This document shows, piece by piece, positions 61,181 to 64,000 of a stretch of 64,000 nt of DNA. Location of the stretch: contig JABHUQ010000034.1 of the NCBI GenBank assembly GCA_018658715.1, forward strand, positions 22,230 through 86,229. Reading direction: 5' to 3'. The number at the start of each line of letters is the position of its first letter. Within the stretch, counting starts at the first letter, position 1. The notes under the pieces were generated by a model. It was not told the DNA's origin and did not search any database. It saw nothing but the letters and a program-made list of their open reading frames with translations. Source of the stretch: Fidelibacterota bacterium (lineage in GTDB: Bacteria; Fidelibacterota; Marinisomatia; Marinisomatales; UBA1611). Position numbers and translations under genes: made by a program.

Positions 61181-64000
61181 TTAACCAGTTTGTCCCACGC
61201 CAAAATAAATAGATTTTGGATGAGAAAAATACCATCCGCTCACTGATGCTACCGGTAACATTGCTCTAGATTCCGTTAAGGATACTCCAATTTTTTCTTC
61301 AACATTCAATAATGACCAAATTTTATCTTTTTCACTATGATCAGGGCAAGCAGGATATCCAGGAGCTGGGCGAATTCCCTGATATTTTTCCAAAATTAAT
61401 TTTTCATTATTCAATGTTTCGTGTGGCGAATATCCCCAATATTCTTTCCGAACTTTATAATGTAAATGTTCTGAAAATGCTTCAGCTAATCGATCGGCTA
61501 TTGATTGGGCTAAAATTGCATTATAATCATCATTTTGCGCTTTAAATTCAGAAACAAGCGCCTCTAATCCATGTCCAGCTGTAACTGCAAAAACACCTAA
61601 CCAATCATTCTTATTTTCAGCTTCAGGACAAATGAAATCAGATAAACATCGGTTAGGTCTGTCCTTCCCTTTATCAAAGAGTTGTCTTTGAAAAGAAAAA
61701 GAAGTATCATGATTTCGATAATTTACTATAATATTTTCATTCACTGACTTAGCTGGGAAAATACCAAACAATCCTCTTGCCACTAATCGACGATTTTGGA
61801 TAATATTTTCAAGCAAAGATTGCGCATCATTAAATAATTTATTTGCTTCATTGCCTACTTTCTTATCATTTAAAATATTTGGATATTTTCCTTTTAATTC
61901 CCAAGTTGAAAAGAAAGGTGACCAATCTATAAATGGGACCAAATCATTCAATGAATAATCTTCTAAAATCTGAATACCTTCTTTTTTAGGTTTGGATGAC
62001 TCAAATGATTTCCAGTTAATAAAATATTTTCTACTTCGAGCTTCTTCAATTGATAAAAGGTTTTTTTGTTGAGTAGAATTTTTTTCTCTTATGGAAACAT
62101 ATTCATTTGTAATAGATTGGATGAAATCTTTCTTTTTGTCATTTGATAATAATTTTTGCACAACTCCCACCGCTCGAGAGGCATCCTGTATATAAATGGT
62201 AGGACCGGAATACACTTCATCAATTTTAATGGAAGTGTGTTTTTTACTTGTTGTTGCGCCGCCAATTAATAATGGAATATCCAATTTTTCTCTTTCCATT
62301 TCTGTTGCTACATGAACCATTTCATCCAAGCTCGGCGTTATGAGTCCAGATAAACCAATTATGTTTGCGTTTAATTTTTTTGCTTCTTTGAGAATTTGAT
62401 TTGCAGGAATCATAACACCCAAATCATGAATATCGTATCCATTGCACCCGAGGACGACGCCAACAATATTTTTTCCAATATCGTGTACATCCCCTTTGAC
62501 GGTCGCCATTACAATTGATCCTTTTGTTTGGGCTCCATTCTTTTCTTTCTCGATATATGGTTCGAGTATGGCAACTGCTTTTTTCATCACTCGAGCTGAT
62601 TTAATAACCTGCGGTAAAAACATTTTGCCATCACCAAACAAATCTCCTACAACAGACATACCATCCATTAATGGACCTTCAATCACATCCAAAGGTTGAT
62701 GTGCATTTTCTCTTGCTTCTTCTGTATCTATATCGATGAATTCAGTTATACCTTCTACTAAAGCATGAATAAGTCGATCTTTAACGGGGTTTTCTCTCCA
62801 GGATAAATCTTTAGCACTTTTTTTCTTTGTCCCCACAACAGAATCTGCAATGTCTAATAATCGATCTGTAGCATCATCTCGGCGATTAAATAAAACATCT
62901 TCAACTCTATTTTTAACTCTTTCATCAAGGTCAGAATAAATAGCTAATTGGCCTGCATTTACAATACCCATATCCATCCCAGCTTTAATGGCATGATATA
63001 AAAAGCATGAATGCATTGCTTCACGAATTCCATTATTACCACGGAAAGAGAAAGATAGGTTGCTAACACCACCACTAATGTGAACGCCAGCTAAAGTTTC
63101 CTTAATTGTTTTAGTTGCTCTAATAAAATCATTGGCATAATTATTATGTTCTTCAATTCCAGTAGCAACTGCAAAAATATTTGGATCAAAAATAATATCT
63201 TCTGGCGGAAAGCCCACTTTATTAACGAGTAAACTATAAGCTCGTGTGCAAATATCCACTTTTGTTTGATAGGAATCAGCTTGACCTTCTTCATCAAAAG
63301 CCATTACAATTACTGACGCTCCGTATTTCTTGATTATTTTAGCGCGGTCAATAAATAAATCTTCACCATCTTTTAATGAAATTGAATTAACAATTCCTTT
63401 TCCTTGAAGGTTTTTTAATCCTGTTTCTATAACATTCCATTTAGATGAATCAATCATTACTGGAACACGAGCAATATCAGGCTCAGATGCAATCATGCGC
63501 AAAAAAGTTTCCATCGCATTTTCAGAATCCAACAACCCTTCATCCATATTAATATCAATAATTTGAGCACCATTTTCGATTTGTTGCTTTGCCACAGATA
63601 ATGCGTCTTCATATGCTTCAGTCAAAATAAGACGTTTAAATTTTGCAGAACCCGCTACATTTGTCCTCTCACCCACATTCACAAAATTACTATTAGGGAA
63701 AAAAGTAAAAGGTTCTAAGCCGCTTAATTGAGTATATTTTGGTTTTTCTAATATAATTCTTGGGGAAATGTTTTCTACAACCTTTTTCATGGCAACAATG
63801 TGTTCTGGTGATGTGCCACAACAGCCACCAACCATATTTACCATTCCGGATTCTGCGAATTCTTGAATAAAGGAAGCCATTGATTCGGGTGTTTCGTCAT
63901 ATCCGCCCAGTTCATTTGGTAGTCCTGCATTTGGGTAAACAAACGTTGGTATATTGGCCAATTGGGATAATGCATCTAAATGTGGACGAATTTCTTCTGC
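61181..64000 (-). CDS. metH: Cobalamin-dependent methionine synthase (5' end lies beyond the window edge)
   Basis: Pterin-binding region, B12 motif [11 protein letters not shown], and AdoMet-activation domain ending [19 protein letters not shown]. The reading frame stays open upstream of Met 63961 to nt 64000 ([14 protein letters not shown]), so the gene is truncated by the window. Confidence 0.93.
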   Translation of the reverse strand, partial: AEEIRPHLDALSQLANIPTFVYPNAGLPNELGGYDETPESMASFIQEFAESGMVNMVGGCCGTSPEHIVAMKKVVENISPRIILEKPKYTQLSGLEPFTFFPNSNFVNVGERTNVAGSAKFKRLILTEAYEDALSVAKQQIENGAQIIDINMDEGLLDSENAMETFLRMIASEPDIARVPVMIDSSKWNVIETGLKNLQGKGIVNSISLKDGEDLFIDRAKIIKKYGASVIVMAFDEEGQADSYQTKVDICTRAYSLLVNKVGFPPEDIIFDPNIFAVATGIEEHNNYANDFIRATKTIKETLAGVHISGGVSNLSFSFRGNNGIREAMHSCFLYHAIKAGMDMGIVNAGQLAIYSDLDERVKNRVEDVLFNRRDDATDRLLDIADSVVGTKKKSAKDLSWRENPVKDRLIHALVEGITEFIDIDTEEARENAHQPLDVIEGPLMDGMSVVGDLFGDGKMFLPQVIKSARVMKKAVAILEPYIEKEKNGAQTKGSIVMATVKGDVHDIGKNIVGVVLGCNGYDIHDLGVMIPANQILKEAKKLNANIIGLSGLITPSLDEMVHVATEMEREKLDIPLLIGGATTSKKHTSIKIDEVYSGPTIYIQDASRAVGVVQKLLSNDKKKDFIQSITNEYVSIREKNSTQQKNLLSIEEARSRKYFINWKSFESSKPKKEGIQILEDYSLNDLVPFIDWSPFFSTWELKGKYPNILNDKKVGNEANKLFNDAQSLLENIIQNRRLVARGLFGIFPAKSVNENIIVNYRNHDTSFSFQRQLFDKGKDRPNRCLSDFICPEAENKNDWLGVFAVTAGHGLEALVSEFKAQNDDYNAILAQSIADRLAEAFSEHLHYKVRKEYWGYSPHETLNNEKLILEKYQGIRPAPGYPACPDHSEKDKIWSLLNVEEKIGVSLTESRAMLPVASVSGWYFSHPKSIYFGVGQTG

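Noticed and set aside
1-64000. Searches for tRNA/rRNA genes, CRISPR arrays, integrases/transposases, toxin-antitoxin pairs and recognisable defence-system genes
   Set aside because: No intergenic region is long or GC-rich enough for a tRNA or rRNA. No ORF shows recombinase, transposase, nuclease-helicase or Cas-like motifs. I therefore do not claim any mobile element or defence island.

Overview
AT-rich (about one-third G+C by eye), gene-dense chromosomal window with about 58 CDS. I found no rRNA, tRNA, CRISPR array, integrase or transposase. Three proteins end in the same YPNPFNPT(T/S)...LLK type IX secretion (T9SS) C-terminal sorting domain and Shine-Dalgarno sequences are weak, which suggests an FCB-group-like, possibly marine, bacterium (inference only). 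Layout by region: (1) 0.1-7.2 kb holds a complete suf Fe-S assembly operon: Rrf2 regulator, short DUF59, sufA, sufB, sufC, sufD, sufE, sufT, sufS and a DUF2480-like gene. Several junctions are ATGA-coupled, and an 18-bp perfect inverted repeat precedes the operon. (2) 7.2-13.1 kb is a tightly packed plus-strand cluster: dCMP deaminase, a T9SS-exported esterase/agmatine-deiminase fusion, a Cys-rich T9SS protein, a ferredoxin/class III cyclase/Rieske fusion, and a membrane protein. (3) 13.3-15.1 kb encodes a CPA-type antiporter with an RCK domain. (4) 15.1-20.7 kb is a minus-strand etfB-etfA, membrane Fe-S oxidoreductase and fused AccA-AccD carboxyltransferase set. (5) 20.8-27.0 kb encodes a T9SS protein and then a 1360-aa TonB-dependent receptor carrying long Ca-binding-type repeat inserts. 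(6) 27.2-35.1 kb is mixed: PAP2, DUF3467, a Zn-ribbon protein, a beta-helix protein, a DjlA-like protein, a methylmalonyl-CoA mutase catalytic chain, birA and a CDF transporter. (7) 35.2-38.5 kb is a small plus-strand set of accessory-looking enzymes. (8) 38.6-48.4 kb holds gcdH divergent from a two-gene 2-oxoacid:ferredoxin oxidoreductase, then pgi, a cyclase-TPR protein, radC, thyX and an IMPase-family gene. (9) 48.5-64.0 kb is a 15-kb minus-strand amino-acid supraoperon: metH (partial), thrA, asd, thrB, thrC, metB/C-like, gltB, an S51 peptidase and a TPMT/HOL-type methyltransferase. My best candidates for something undescribed are the T9SS-protein plus repeat-bearing TonB receptor pair, the Fe-S-flanked cyclase embedded among secreted enzymes, and the etfBA / Fe-S oxidoreductase / AccA-AccD operon. 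All calls rest on by-eye motif recognition; no database searches were run.
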